Below, piece by piece: positions 54,582 through 64,000 of a stretch of DNA of 64,000 nucleotides. Source of the DNA: a virus (lineage: Duplodnaviria; Caudoviricetes). A program made the translations under genes and the position numbers. Where the stretch lies: positions 58,951 to 122,950 of IMG/VR virus record IMGVR_UViG_3300017913_001781. One strand, given 5' to 3'. Each line of letters opens with the position of its first letter. Position 1 is the stretch's first letter. Under the pieces are notes generated by a model, which worked only from the letters and a program-made list of their open reading frames with translations, did no database searches and was not told the origin of the DNA.

Positions 54582-55538
54582 ATGCAATCGATCAATCAGC
54601 TCTTTACAGAAAAGTACCGACCTAAAAATCTAGACGATCTCATTTTGCCAGATCGAGTTATGACTAAGTTTAAAGATGGCCTAGTTCAAAACATGCTTTT
54701 TGCAGGTTCGCCCGGTACTGGTAAGACTTCAACAGCTAAAGCAGTCGTTAATCAATTTAATCTACCGTATCTTTACATTAACGCCTCAACCGATACTTCG
54801 GTCGATGTGATTCGTACACGTATCATTGACTTTTGTTCTACTGTCTCTATTATGGATGATCCGGGTGCATTTAAGGTTGTGATTCTCGATGAGGTTGATG
54901 GAGTTTCTGATCAATTCTTTAAGGCATTGCGTGCTACTATGGAGCAATTTGCATCTAATAGTCGATTTATTGCTACATGTAACTACATCAATAAGATTCC
55001 AGACCCCGTCTTAAGTCGATTCGAGGTTATTAACTTTGACTTTGATAAGCAAGAGGAGTCCGAATTGACTAAGAAATATATCAAGAGAGTTTATCACATC
55101 TGTAAGCAAGAGGGTTTGACTATTGAAAAGGATGCTCTTGTCGAATTTGTTCGTAGAAACTTTCCAGATCTTAGAAGCACTCTCAACAAGTTGCAAGGTT
55201 TTAAGACTCAAGGCACTACTACAATTAAAGTTGATGATGTTAAGCGATTCAACTCGGTCTTTAAAGATGTATTTGAGTTGATATTTAACGAGACTGATCC
55301 AGCTAAAAACTATCAAATGTTGGTTAGCAATTATGCCAATCGAGTCGATGACGTTCTTCAGTCACTTGGAGAAGAATTTATTGAATACATAAACCAAGAA
55401 CAAACTCAAAGTAATAAACATATTCCACAAGTTATTATTTCGGTTGCTAAACACCAGGCTCAAAGAGTTGATGTGATCGACCCGGTAATTACAATGTTAA
55501 GTTGTGTTTATGACATACAAACGATAATTCGTTCGTAA
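54582..55538 (+). CDS. Clamp loader large subunit (T4 gp44/RFC-like)
   Basis: EKYRP, GSPGTGKT, INAS, ILDEVD, ATCNY, SRF and FPDLR. Confidence 0.93.
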   Translation: MQSINQLFTEKYRPKNLDDLILPDRVMTKFKDGLVQNMLFAGSPGTGKTSTAKAVVNQFNLPYLYINASTDTSVDVIRTRIIDFCSTVSIMDDPGAFKVVILDEVDGVSDQFFKALRATMEQFASNSRFIATCNYINKIPDPVLSRFEVINFDFDKQEESELTKKYIKRVYHICKQEGLTIEKDALVEFVRRNFPDLRSTLNKLQGFKTQGTTTIKVDDVKRFNSVFKDVFELIFNETDPAKNYQMLVSNYANRVDDVLQSLGEEFIEYINQEQTQSNKHIPQVIISVAKHQAQRVDVIDPVITMLSCVYDIQTIIRS

Positions 55539-55586
55539 AAAAATGTTAAAATGCTTTCAAGTTAATCTTGAATTCGTTATATTTAA

Positions 55587-56855
55587 ATGAAAGAAGAAAT
55601 GAAGGTGGGAAAACATACTCTATTAATAGACGGAAACTACTTCGTCTTTAGCAGGCTCTTTGTGATGCCTAAACCAAAATCAGGTAAGCTCTTAGGAGAT
55701 GATAAAGCTCGTGCTCAATTTATGAGAAAGCTATGCATTGACTTTGCTTCTGAAATGCGTAAACTTAATGCCTTCGTCGATGACGTGGTTATTGCAGTTG
55801 ACTCTAAATCATGGCGTAAAGATCTATATCCTGAGAGTGATTATAAAGGCACTAGGAAGCAATCGTCCGATGTAGATTGGAATGCAGTCTATGGCACTTA
55901 CGAACAGTTCCAAGAGATCCTAAAGACTAAGGGTGTTACGATTCATCAAACTCAAGGAGCAGAAGCAGACGATGTGCTCTTTGGTTGGTCCACTATGCTT
56001 AACGGTCGTGGTAAATCATGTATTGTTTGGACTGGCGATCGAGATTTGATTCAGTTGGTTAACTATTCAGAAGCCAATGACGCTCACACTATCTGGTACT
56101 ACAACACTAAAAAAAGCTTGTATGCCTTTGAAGGCTTTACTCAGGCGATGGAAGCTTCTGCTTCTTCTGATCTATCAAATGATGACATGCTTTTCAATAT
56201 GGGAGGTCAACATATGATGCGCGACCGCTATCAAGGAGATATCTTGCAATGGGTCAAAGACAATAAGGTTGAAATTACAGAAGTCGATTGTGACCTGTTT
56301 ATCTTGAATAAGATTTTAGTAGGTGATAAGTCAGATAATATTCCTTCGGTTGTTACATGGCAAAAGGAGATGAAAAACGGCAAGCTTCGTAATTATTCTA
56401 TTACTGATAAAACAGCTAACAAGATTATTGATCAATTCTTAAAGGAGCATAAAGATTTTAAGATTGATTATCTCTTTTCTAAAGAAGCTAAACAATCTAT
56501 ATGCGATATCATCTATCGTGTAGTTGGTCACAGTAATTTGGCTTTGATTCAAGCAAATCTAAATAGTAATATCTCGCTTATGTTACTTCATACTAAGACT
56601 ATTCCAGACGCTATTCAAAGCGCTATTTATGAAACTATCGATAGAGAATGGGAAGGCGCTGTTGATAACATCGAGGTCTTGCTTGACAAAGATAAAATTC
56701 TAGAAGGCACTGATTGGTTGAAGGGCAGCTCAGCTCCAGCTTCGGTTGATCCATTTGCAAACATGGAAATTCCTGAAGAGCCTATTAAGAAGGTCGAAGG
56801 TCGAAAGGAGGTAGAAAATAATCCTAAAACTAGAAAACTAAGTGACTTATTCTAA
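55587..56855 (+). CDS. rnh: RNase H / 5'-3' flap exonuclease (T4 rnh-like)
   Basis: LIDGN, SWRKDLYP..YKGTR, EADD, TGDRDLIQL and GDKSDNIP, plus a C-terminal LSDLF clamp motif. Confidence 0.88.
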   Translation: MKEEMKVGKHTLLIDGNYFVFSRLFVMPKPKSGKLLGDDKARAQFMRKLCIDFASEMRKLNAFVDDVVIAVDSKSWRKDLYPESDYKGTRKQSSDVDWNAVYGTYEQFQEILKTKGVTIHQTQGAEADDVLFGWSTMLNGRGKSCIVWTGDRDLIQLVNYSEANDAHTIWYYNTKKSLYAFEGFTQAMEASASSDLSNDDMLFNMGGQHMMRDRYQGDILQWVKDNKVEITEVDCDLFILNKILVGDKSDNIPSVVTWQKEMKNGKLRNYSITDKTANKIIDQFLKEHKDFKIDYLFSKEAKQSICDIIYRVVGHSNLALIQANLNSNISLMLLHTKTIPDAIQSAIYETIDREWEGAVDNIEVLLDKDKILEGTDWLKGSSAPASVDPFANMEIPEEPIKKVEGRKEVENNPKTRKLSDLF

Positions 56856-56865
56856 GTATAAAGAT

Positions 56866-57015
56866 ATGGAAACAGTAGAGCTTATTTTAAAGGAAGCATC
56901 GGCATATGGCCTTCAAGAAGAGGTAAAACTTTGGGCTAATAAAATGATGCAAGATCACCCTCAGCTTAACGAGGTAGATGCATATACGTTTGCATATCAC
57001 GAATGGGTTAAATAA
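56866..57015 (+). CDS. Small hypothetical protein (49 aa, not in the track)
   Basis: METVELILKEASAYGLQEEVKLWA...AYHEWVK, TAATG-coupled to the next gene. Confidence 0.55.
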   Translation: METVELILKEASAYGLQEEVKLWANKMMQDHPQLNEVDAYTFAYHEWVK

Positions 57016-57443
57016 TGCTAGACGAAACTAAACTTTTTGACTTCGTAAAAATTATGTTTACGAAGCGAGCTGACTATACTAAAATTAAACAACATAGTAA
57101 AAAGCGACATCATTTTATGATTAATCGCTTCTTCGCTATTAAGTATCCGGCTAACGCTAACGAATTTAACGTTAATGGCATTAATGGTGCATCGGTTATT
57201 GATTGCTGGTCAATGGTAGCTGGTAGATTTAAATCTGTTCCGGGTTGGTTTTACACTAAAACCAAAAAAGCGGCTAAACAAAAGCCTGATAAATATATTC
57301 CATCGGAAGAAGCAGTCCAACTCTATTTAGATAAAAACGAAATAGGAAAGCGCGAATATCAAGAATTGATTACATTTGCAAAGGAAGAGCTTTACTCCGA
57401 TCTTAAAAAGATAGAGGAGCAAATCAATGTTTACGGAAAATAA
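57015..57443 (+). CDS. Clamp loader small subunit (T4 gp62-like)
   Basis: LFDFVK, FMINRFFA and ANEFN pattern, near gp44. Confidence 0.6.
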   Translation: MLDETKLFDFVKIMFTKRADYTKIKQHSKKRHHFMINRFFAIKYPANANEFNVNGINGASVIDCWSMVAGRFKSVPGWFYTKTKKAAKQKPDKYIPSEEAVQLYLDKNEIGKREYQELITFAKEELYSDLKKIEEQINVYGK

Positions 57444-58068
57444 AGATACTTTTGCCGAAGTTGTAGATATTACTCTATATCGATATAATTCGGTAGATAA
57501 TCGTATTTGGGCTATACTTAAGAATAGCGAAGCTCATAAAAAATTGAGTACGCATTCTATTTTAGTTTCTAGTGATTCGCTTAAAGAAATTCTATTAGCT
57601 CATTTTAGAAAAGAGATTAATAGAGTTGAATCTTTACACAGTTCTATAGTCCATAAAGAGGCAACTTCTGTTTATTTCTTATGGAAAATGCTGGAAGATC
57701 TTTTAGGATTAAGGTGGGTTAAGTTTACACTTAACTCTAATGTTGCTTATAACCGTGTCGTTGATATAGATGACATGAAGACGATTAAGTATTCGGTCAA
57801 AGTTGTTAGAGGTACATTAAGAATGTTCGATATCTTTAACCCAGCTCAACTGCCCTTAATCAATACTATACTGCATAAGGCAAATATATTAAAGCCTAAT
57901 CAACAATTCACAATTATTAAGGTTGAGGATTTTATGACTAAGCTAGATATTCTTTTGGCTAAAAATAACTCTAGCGAAATCGCAACTCCGGTTAATGCCA
58001 TTTTAGCAGAAATAGATCAATACCACACAGATAATCCCGAATTGCTATTAGTGACTGATTTCGACTAA
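57427..58068 (+). CDS. Hypothetical protein
   Basis: 213-aa ORF with no recognised motif. Confidence 0.5.
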   Translation: MFTENKDTFAEVVDITLYRYNSVDNRIWAILKNSEAHKKLSTHSILVSSDSLKEILLAHFRKEINRVESLHSSIVHKEATSVYFLWKMLEDLLGLRWVKFTLNSNVAYNRVVDIDDMKTIKYSVKVVRGTLRMFDIFNPAQLPLINTILHKANILKPNQQFTIIKVEDFMTKLDILLAKNNSSEIATPVNAILAEIDQYHTDNPELLLVTDFD

Positions 58069-58076
58069 GATATATA
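58069..58076 (+). promoter_or_regulatory. Late promoter GATATATA
   Basis: Recurrent octamer. Confidence 0.7.
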
Positions 58077-58093
58077 AAAGAAAGTCGAACACT

Positions 58094-58486
58094 ATGGGAA
58101 AACGCGAAGGTCTTGTTTATTTAGTAGTTGCTCTTTGGGTTATATTAGGAGCTTTAGGTGCTTTTAGAGAAACAACTTTATCTGAACTTTCAGTCTATTT
58201 TGGTTCACTAACGGCTTATGTTGGTGTTTATGTTTGGTCAGAGACCAAAAAACCTTCGGTCAAAACTAGTGTTTTTAAAAAGGGTCCAACTTCAAGAAGA
58301 GAGGCTATGATATACATAGTAACTTTATTATGGGCTCTTGCTGGCGGATTGACTATGTGGTACGATCAAAGCTTAAATGATTTGACAGTCTATTTTGTTT
58401 CTTTGTCTGGCTTTGTAACAAGCTGGATTTTAGGAGAAGTTTATAAACCAGAAGACGAAGTCAAGAAAAATATTGCTAAAAAGTAA
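58094..58486 (+). CDS. Four-TM membrane protein with an internal duplication
   Basis: The two halves REGLVYLVVALW...LSVYFGSL...WSETKKP and REAMIYIVTLLW...LTVYFVSL...LGEVYKP are homologous. Late motif at 58069. Confidence 0.65.
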   Translation: MGKREGLVYLVVALWVILGALGAFRETTLSELSVYFGSLTAYVGVYVWSETKKPSVKTSVFKKGPTSRREAMIYIVTLLWALAGGLTMWYDQSLNDLTVYFVSLSGFVTSWILGEVYKPEDEVKKNIAKK

Positions 58487-60507
58487 TGGTAACTGGCTTT
58501 ACAGCTAATGAGGTAGGAGACGTTTTAATAGCTAGACTTAAAGAGCCATATAATGGAATTCTAAGAGTTTTAGGCTGGCAAATAGTTGCAGGTTTAACTA
58601 CTAATAGAACTGATGGTATAACCTTACTTTTTACACAAGGATCTACAACGGTTCAAGCTACTCAAAATATTACATTGAGTGCTGGTGAAAGAATCATCGT
58701 AGGTAATCAATATTTTACTATTGCTTCAGTTAACGGTACTCAGTTTGAAGTTGAAGAGATTCCATCTTTTACAGCCGGAGGACTTAAGTTTTATGAAGAG
58801 ACTAACGAAAACAATAAGTTTGCCTATGAATATAGATGGTCTCAAAACAAAGATGCTAATGGTGGTGAAATGTCAGAATTTAGGCCCTTGACAGAAGATC
58901 TAAATTCAGGCGATTTATTTACTCTAAACTTTAATTCTACTCTACCTCTTTGGTTAGATGTTAGGGCTACTGTTGATAGAATGTCAGTTGGTGGATCTGT
59001 CAAATCATTAAGTATATTAAGTATAACGTATGAACTTGAAACTGCTGACGGCACAATTGAAGCATGCCCTCAATTCTGTGCAGATTGTGAAGATCCATGG
59101 GCGTTTGTAGGTTGTGAAGGCATTACTGTTGAGTGTGAGACTAACTTATTTAATCCTTACGAATTACAAAGACCAGTTAATCTTTATAAGCAAATTACAG
59201 ATATTTCTACTTCTATATGGGGACATGAAGTACGTTACTTTAGGGTTGAGCCTGATCAAAGATCTAAGGATGTAATCTTAATGGAATATTCTCTTTACAA
59301 CGTGATAGAAGAAGGCATGGTCAAGATTATGGTTCCCGATAATGAATTTCCTACTGAAGAGTTTAGTTATGATATTTTCGGTATGGGTTTTGAAAACTTT
59401 GAGATTCATATTACTAAGACCGAATTTAACAATGTATTTGGTATTGGACCATCGCCTAGAAGTAGAGACTACTTATTTTTCCCATTCAATAATAGAATGT
59501 ATGAAGTTGTCTCAGTTACGTTTGCTGACGAGTTTAATAGAAGCTTAACATATTGGAGAGTTCAGCTTAAGAAATACGAGGATAGAACCTCTAGCATTCA
59601 CACCGACGACGTCGTTGAACAAACAGTTGATGATTTAGTTGTTGGGGTAGAAGAAGTATTTGGTGAAGAAATTCAGGAGGAGTATGAGAAGGTTACGAAG
59701 CCACAGCAATATAAAACGGTATTTCATGTCGTACAAGATGGAATTAGATCAGCGATTCATAAGAAGTTAAAGATTGCCGATATAGATTTAAGAAACAGAT
59801 GGACAGTTGTTTCTAGAAACTACTATGACTTAACTACGGCAGGTGACAAAGTAGAACAACTGGACGGTACATATGCCTTTGAGTTTGATGAAGCTATCAT
59901 CTATAACTTAAACTCTTCATTGGCTGCCGATAATAATTTAGCTTATACTGGATGGTTTAAGCCAGCCTTAAATACAACATTTGCAAATACGCATCAAACG
60001 CTACTTGATGGTTTAGATGGAGATAAGGGTATTATGGTTGAGACTTCAAGAGTTGAATTTAGAATAACTCTTAACGATCAGGTTTATACATATGATTTTG
60101 GAGCAGCAGATAGCCAAGATAATCCGTTCTTTGAGGCTACAGATACGATGTGGTTCTCTATGGTTATCAATATAAGCAACCAATACAATGAAATGTCTGT
60201 AAACATTTATAGACTAAATGATGAGGTTAATGAAGGATTACCTCAAAATGCACCTAATAGATTAGATCTTGTATTTAAAGAAATTACCACTATTCCTACT
60301 GATTTGGCTTGGGAAACTGATAAACAGTATACTTTAAGAGGCGGTTATATGTACATGACTAATATTAGAATCTTTACTAAAACTATTGAAGCTGAACAAC
60401 ATACAAACGTATTACAACAATATGTTGTTAGAGATTCGCACCTTAACATTTTAACTGACAACGCTATACCGAGCATTATGCTTAGAAAGTATAGTCAAGG
60501 CAGATAA
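58486..60507 (+). CDS. Neck protein gp14-like core with N- and C-terminal extra domains
   Basis: Central WGHEVRYFR...DVILMEY...FGMG....EIHI...F...PRSRDYLFFP....MYEV. The C-terminus is LamG-like (YTGWFKP, TNIRIF). Confidence 0.6.
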   Translation: MVTGFTANEVGDVLIARLKEPYNGILRVLGWQIVAGLTTNRTDGITLLFTQGSTTVQATQNITLSAGERIIVGNQYFTIASVNGTQFEVEEIPSFTAGGLKFYEETNENNKFAYEYRWSQNKDANGGEMSEFRPLTEDLNSGDLFTLNFNSTLPLWLDVRATVDRMSVGGSVKSLSILSITYELETADGTIEACPQFCADCEDPWAFVGCEGITVECETNLFNPYELQRPVNLYKQITDISTSIWGHEVRYFRVEPDQRSKDVILMEYSLYNVIEEGMVKIMVPDNEFPTEEFSYDIFGMGFENFEIHITKTEFNNVFGIGPSPRSRDYLFFPFNNRMYEVVSVTFADEFNRSLTYWRVQLKKYEDRTSSIHTDDVVEQTVDDLVVGVEEVFGEEIQEEYEKVTKPQQYKTVFHVVQDGIRSAIHKKLKIADIDLRNRWTVVSRNYYDLTTAGDKVEQLDGTYAFEFDEAIIYNLNSSLAADNNLAYTGWFKPALNTTFANTHQTLLDGLDGDKGIMVETSRVEFRITLNDQVYTYDFGAADSQDNPFFEATDTMWFSMVINISNQYNEMSVNIYRLNDEVNEGLPQNAPNRLDLVFKEITTIPTDLAWETDKQYTLRGGYMYMTNIRIFTKTIEAEQHTNVLQQYVVRDSHLNILTDNAIPSIMLRKYSQGR

Positions 60508-60540
60508 TTTAATCTATATTCTCTTACTTTGATAAGTGTA

Positions 60541-60548
60541 GATATATA
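60541..60548 (+). promoter_or_regulatory. Late promoter GATATATA (terminase)
   Basis: Recurrent octamer. Confidence 0.75.
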
Positions 60549-60565
60549 GAATATAATATCATAAT

Positions 60566-61228
60566 ATGAGCGAGAATAAGAAAACAATCTCTGAACAAGC
60601 TGATGAGATACGAAAGGAATTAGATGACTTGATAGGAGGAGACGAAGAACTTGATATAGATTCTGATCCTGCTGATTTGCCTATAATTAATCAATCGATG
60701 ACGCCTTCGGTAAATTATACTGAAATGAAAGGTAAAGCTAGTAAGCAGGCTCAAAAGACTATTACTAGTTTGATGAAGTTTTATCTTGACGCTGAGATTA
60801 TAGAAAAGGACGAGTATATTGCAGCTAAGAAAAAGATGGATGAGATGACGATGGCTTCTCTCATTTATCAATTACAGGCTGGAGAAAAAGCTTTGACTAC
60901 TTTACTTGAGACCATTGACGGGGGTGAATTGGCTCCAAGAATGTTTGAAGTTTTGGCTACTTTGCAAAAGTCAATGCTTGATATCATTAAGTCACAAACC
61001 ATGTATTTGATGGCGGCTGAAGAAGCAACTAAAAGAATTGCACGCGATGTTGAGATTTACAACAAAAGAGTTAGCGATAAAGAAATAGAAGAGGCCACTG
61101 GAAGTAGCAGTAATGACAACTCAAATATCATGAGAGGCACAAAAGACCTAATGGCTCAAATTCAAGCCGGTATTGCAAATGCCAATGAAAACATTGAAGA
61201 CGCAGAAATAGAAGACATCGACACTTAA
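60566..61228 (+). CDS. Terminase small subunit (T4 gp16-like)
   Basis: APRMFEVLATLQK and RGTKDLM motifs, directly upstream of the large subunit. Confidence 0.75.
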   Translation: MSENKKTISEQADEIRKELDDLIGGDEELDIDSDPADLPIINQSMTPSVNYTEMKGKASKQAQKTITSLMKFYLDAEIIEKDEYIAAKKKMDEMTMASLIYQLQAGEKALTTLLETIDGGELAPRMFEVLATLQKSMLDIIKSQTMYLMAAEEATKRIARDVEIYNKRVSDKEIEEATGSSSNDNSNIMRGTKDLMAQIQAGIANANENIEDAEIEDIDT

Positions 61229-63054
61229 TGAGTGATTACGTTGGAGATAATAAATGGATTCCTAAAGGAGAAAGCTCTGTAGAATCTGAAAGAACTATAT
61301 GGTCAACCAAACAAATTAATGACCTTATGGTTGCTCTTGACCAGGGTTATAGACCTAAAGTCAAGATGCCTTTCTATGAAGGTAAGCAATTCTTGAAGAA
61401 GGGTAATATTGTTTTTGAATATACAGATGAAGAAATAGCTGAATTGGCTAGATGCGCTGCTGATATCAATTATTTTGCAGAAAGGTATGCTGTTGTTATG
61501 ACAGATGAAGGTATTCAAAAAGTTGAGCTCAGGGATTATCAAAAGACTATGCTTAAGAACTTCCAACATGATAGATTTAATATTGTGTTGGCCTCAAGAC
61601 AAATGGGTAAAACAGTTACGGCATCTATTTTTAATGCATGGTACTTAACTTTTAACAACGATAAAAACACTCTACTTTTGGCTAATAAAAGTGAGACGAC
61701 TAAGGAAATCATTGATAAAGCTAAAATTGTAATTGAGAATTTACCGTTCTTTATGAAACCCGGTATTATCAAGTACGACGTTATGAATGTCAAATGTGAC
61801 AATGGTTGTCGATTAGTTGGTCAAGCTACTACTGCTAAGGCGGGTATTGGTTTTACTATTCACAACCTATATCTAGACGAGTTTGCACACATTCATCACA
61901 CTATCGTTGATACATTTTATGAAAACGTTTATCCAACGCTTTCAGCTTCTAAGATATCCAGAATCAATATCACTTCAACCCCCAATGGCTTTAACAAATT
62001 CTATCAAATTTATTCGGCTGCTGAAAGAGGTGATAATGAATATACGCCGTTGCGCATCGATTGGTGGCAGCACCCAGATAGAGACGACGCATGGTACGAT
62101 AGAGAACTTAAAAACTTAGGTTCTATAGAAGCCTTTAATAGACAATATGGTAATGAGTTTGTTAGTTCTTCTAATTTGCTTTTAGATCCAGCTGACATGA
62201 AAGTTATGCGTAAGGGTATGAAGAAATACGTTTGGCATGACATGGAAGAATTTGATGTAGCTAAGTTAGATACTAAAGGATTTTTAGGCTTTCATCCTGA
62301 TTTCGATACAGAGGACGCTAGATATAGTGAAAATTATTGGTTATTTACTGTTGATATTGCAGAGGGTAATGGAGGTGACTATTCAGTTATCAATGTATTT
62401 AAAGTTTCTCCTATGGAAGATAGAGAAATCGAGCATGCTAACAATCCAGGTGCCATGTACGACTTCTTTAAATTAGAACAAGTATGTGTTTTTAGATCTA
62501 ACGAGCATGTTATTGAAGACTTTGCTAAAATATTATATGTTTTAGCTATAGATATATTTTATTTTGAAAATGTCAAAATGATAATAGAATACAATACATA
62601 TGGTACGGTCCTTTTACAATACTTAAGATCTATTTTCCCTCAAAGAAATGATTTTGATGACGATATGATTGTGCGCTTTAAGCATAGGCACGATTCTAAA
62701 ACCTTAAAGCCGGGCATTAAGTTAAGATCTGATAATAAAGCTATTTTTTGTCAAAACTTTGCTAAATTGCATAAAACAAATAGAATTAAACTTACTGATG
62801 AAGAAACCATTAAAGAAGCAAGTTTATTCGGCACATTACCTAATGGTTCTTATGGTGCTCAAATGGGCAACGATGATATTATAATGACAGCTATTACGGC
62901 AACAGAATTCTTTAATACTACTGACTATGCAGATTATATAGAAGAATTATTAGACTTTATCGATCAAAGCAAACATGTTAAAATGGAAGAGGTTCTTTAT
63001 AGAGATACTCAAGATCAAGGAGATTTACAATATGACATCTATGACTTGATATAA
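61228..63054 (+). CDS. Terminase large subunit (T4 gp17)
   Basis: LRDYQ, SRQMGKT, LYLDEFA, TSTPNG, VDIAEG.GGDYS and NDD. Confidence 0.95.
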   Translation: MSDYVGDNKWIPKGESSVESERTIWSTKQINDLMVALDQGYRPKVKMPFYEGKQFLKKGNIVFEYTDEEIAELARCAADINYFAERYAVVMTDEGIQKVELRDYQKTMLKNFQHDRFNIVLASRQMGKTVTASIFNAWYLTFNNDKNTLLLANKSETTKEIIDKAKIVIENLPFFMKPGIIKYDVMNVKCDNGCRLVGQATTAKAGIGFTIHNLYLDEFAHIHHTIVDTFYENVYPTLSASKISRINITSTPNGFNKFYQIYSAAERGDNEYTPLRIDWWQHPDRDDAWYDRELKNLGSIEAFNRQYGNEFVSSSNLLLDPADMKVMRKGMKKYVWHDMEEFDVAKLDTKGFLGFHPDFDTEDARYSENYWLFTVDIAEGNGGDYSVINVFKVSPMEDREIEHANNPGAMYDFFKLEQVCVFRSNEHVIEDFAKILYVLAIDIFYFENVKMIIEYNTYGTVLLQYLRSIFPQRNDFDDDMIVRFKHRHDSKTLKPGIKLRSDNKAIFCQNFAKLHKTNRIKLTDEETIKEASLFGTLPNGSYGAQMGNDDIIMTAITATEFFNTTDYADYIEELLDFIDQSKHVKMEEVLYRDTQDQGDLQYDIYDLI

Positions 63055-63075
63055 GTAAAAACATCTAAGAAGACA

Positions 63076-63083
63076 GATATATA
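63076..63083 (+). promoter_or_regulatory. Late promoter GATATATA (tail sheath)
   Basis: Recurrent octamer. Confidence 0.75.
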
Positions 63084-63110
63084 CAAAAAGAAAAAATAAA
63101 TTAAAAAGAA

Positions 63111-64000
63111 ATGGCAATAAGTCCCGAACTACAACAGTTTAAAAGCTCTGGTGTTTATAGACTAGAGTTTGATAAATCACAAACGGTAAATGTTCCACAG
63201 GAGACTATTAGATTAGTCGTTGGTCACTCACAGACTGGCCCATATAATACTCCAGTGTTCATTGAGAACACAGAACAATTTATTCAAGCTTTCGGTTCTG
63301 TTGATAAGAACCTAGAAAGAAGAGGAATGTACTTCCACAGATCTGCTTTAGAGGCTCTTTCAAGAGGACCAATTTTAGCAGTAAACTTACTTAACGTCGA
63401 AGAAGGTGATGAAGCTTCTTGGGCATCTGTAGTCACAAATGGTTCTAAGCAAGGTCTCACTTCTGATAATGGAGAGTCTAGCTTTGCAAGCTATCACGAT
63501 ACTGAAAGATTTTGGATTCCAACTGACGATAAGCTATTAAGAGTTGTTAGAGAATCATATGGCGTAGAAGGAGCCGAGGCTGCTATGCAAGACAGAACTT
63601 TAAACTTTGTTAATATCAAGCAAGATCCAATCACAGTTATTGTTAGACAAGCTGCTGATACAAGAGGTTTTGAAATTACAGCAAGAGAGTGGTATGGAGA
63701 AGGAAATCAACCTGAAGGCGTTGATCCTTTGGACTACATTTCAGAGTATATGGTAGACGTGCTTGTGTTTAAAGGTAAATTTGAAGCTTCTGAATTAAAT
63801 AATGATCCAATTTATGGCGCATATTTCGATGAAGACGGTCTTGAAAAAGATAAGCTTGCTGCATTTGCTAACTTAAGAGAAGTTTCTCTAATTGCAAATT
63901 ACACAGGATCTTTAATTCCAGACTTTATTGATCTAGAAGGCAGACAAATGTATATTGAGGCTCTAATTAACTTAGAGACTAGAAAAACAGGTCTTTTCTG
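63111..64000 (+). CDS. Tail sheath protein (T4 gp18-like), 3'-truncated by the window
   Basis: MAISPELQQFKSSGVYRLEFDKS...VVGHSQTGPYNTPVFI...F...FG is a sheath N-terminal pattern. Late motif at 63076. It is absent from the ORF track, consistent with a frame open to the window end. Confidence 0.85.
   Translation, partial: MAISPELQQFKSSGVYRLEFDKSQTVNVPQETIRLVVGHSQTGPYNTPVFIENTEQFIQAFGSVDKNLERRGMYFHRSALEALSRGPILAVNLLNVEEGDEASWASVVTNGSKQGLTSDNGESSFASYHDTERFWIPTDDKLLRVVRESYGVEGAEAAMQDRTLNFVNIKQDPITVIVRQAADTRGFEITAREWYGEGNQPEGVDPLDYISEYMVDVLVFKGKFEASELNNDPIYGAYFDEDGLEKDKLAAFANLREVSLIANYTGSLIPDFIDLEGRQMYIEALINLETRKTGLF

Noticed and set aside
1393-62243. Numerous short minus-strand and off-frame ORFs in the track (e.g. 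5992..6393, 9282..9641, 30284..30610, 43712..44011)
   Set aside because: They lie wholly within well-supported + strand genes and have no recognisable motifs, so they are shadow ORFs
1-64000. Alternative genetic code (TAG/TGA recoding, as in some Bacteroidota phages)
   Set aside because: Core genes are full-length under code 11, TGA and TAG terminate genes at the expected ends (e.g. UvsW TAG at 12876-78), and coding density is high

Overview
This window is 64 kb of a large T4-like (myovirus-type) bacteriophage genome, AT-rich, almost entirely coded on the + strand and read with standard code 11. The host is probably a Bacteroidota/Flavobacteriia. The evidence is A-rich starts without Shine-Dalgarno motifs, early promoters resembling the TAnnTTTG element, and a Bacteroidota-style NrdAB. 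It carries most T4 core modules. Replication and recombination: gp32, gp61, UvsY, UvsW, UvsX, gp41, gp46/47, gp45, gp44/62, RNase H, RuvC, and a family B DNA polymerase split into two genes 4.2 kb apart. Late transcription: gp55 and a gp33-like protein. Head, neck and tail: gp20, a gp21-gp22 fusion, gp23, gp2, gp4, gp14, gp15, a gp3-like protein, gp16/17, the start of gp18 and a collagen-containing fibre. It also encodes NrdAB and a cysteine synthase. The two most notable candidate systems are (1) a probable DNA base hypermodification operon at 22.2-27.3 kb (SGNH-like protein, two divergent aGPT-Pplase1/HMUDK-helical-like paralogues, a fold-II PLP enzyme and a gp56-like dNTP pyrophosphatase) directly upstream of the polymerase, and (2) a set of late proteins with T4-type capsid-targeting leaders and (I/L/V)xE protease linkers, i.e. 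putative virion-packaged cargo polyproteins, including a ligase-fold enzyme paired with a pseudo-ligase/HxGH nucleotidyltransferase fusion. Three promoter classes can be read from the sequence: late RATATATA, middle-like AAAC-N17/18-TAWAA and early GTATATTAGA. All family assignments come from motif recognition by eye, not from database searches.
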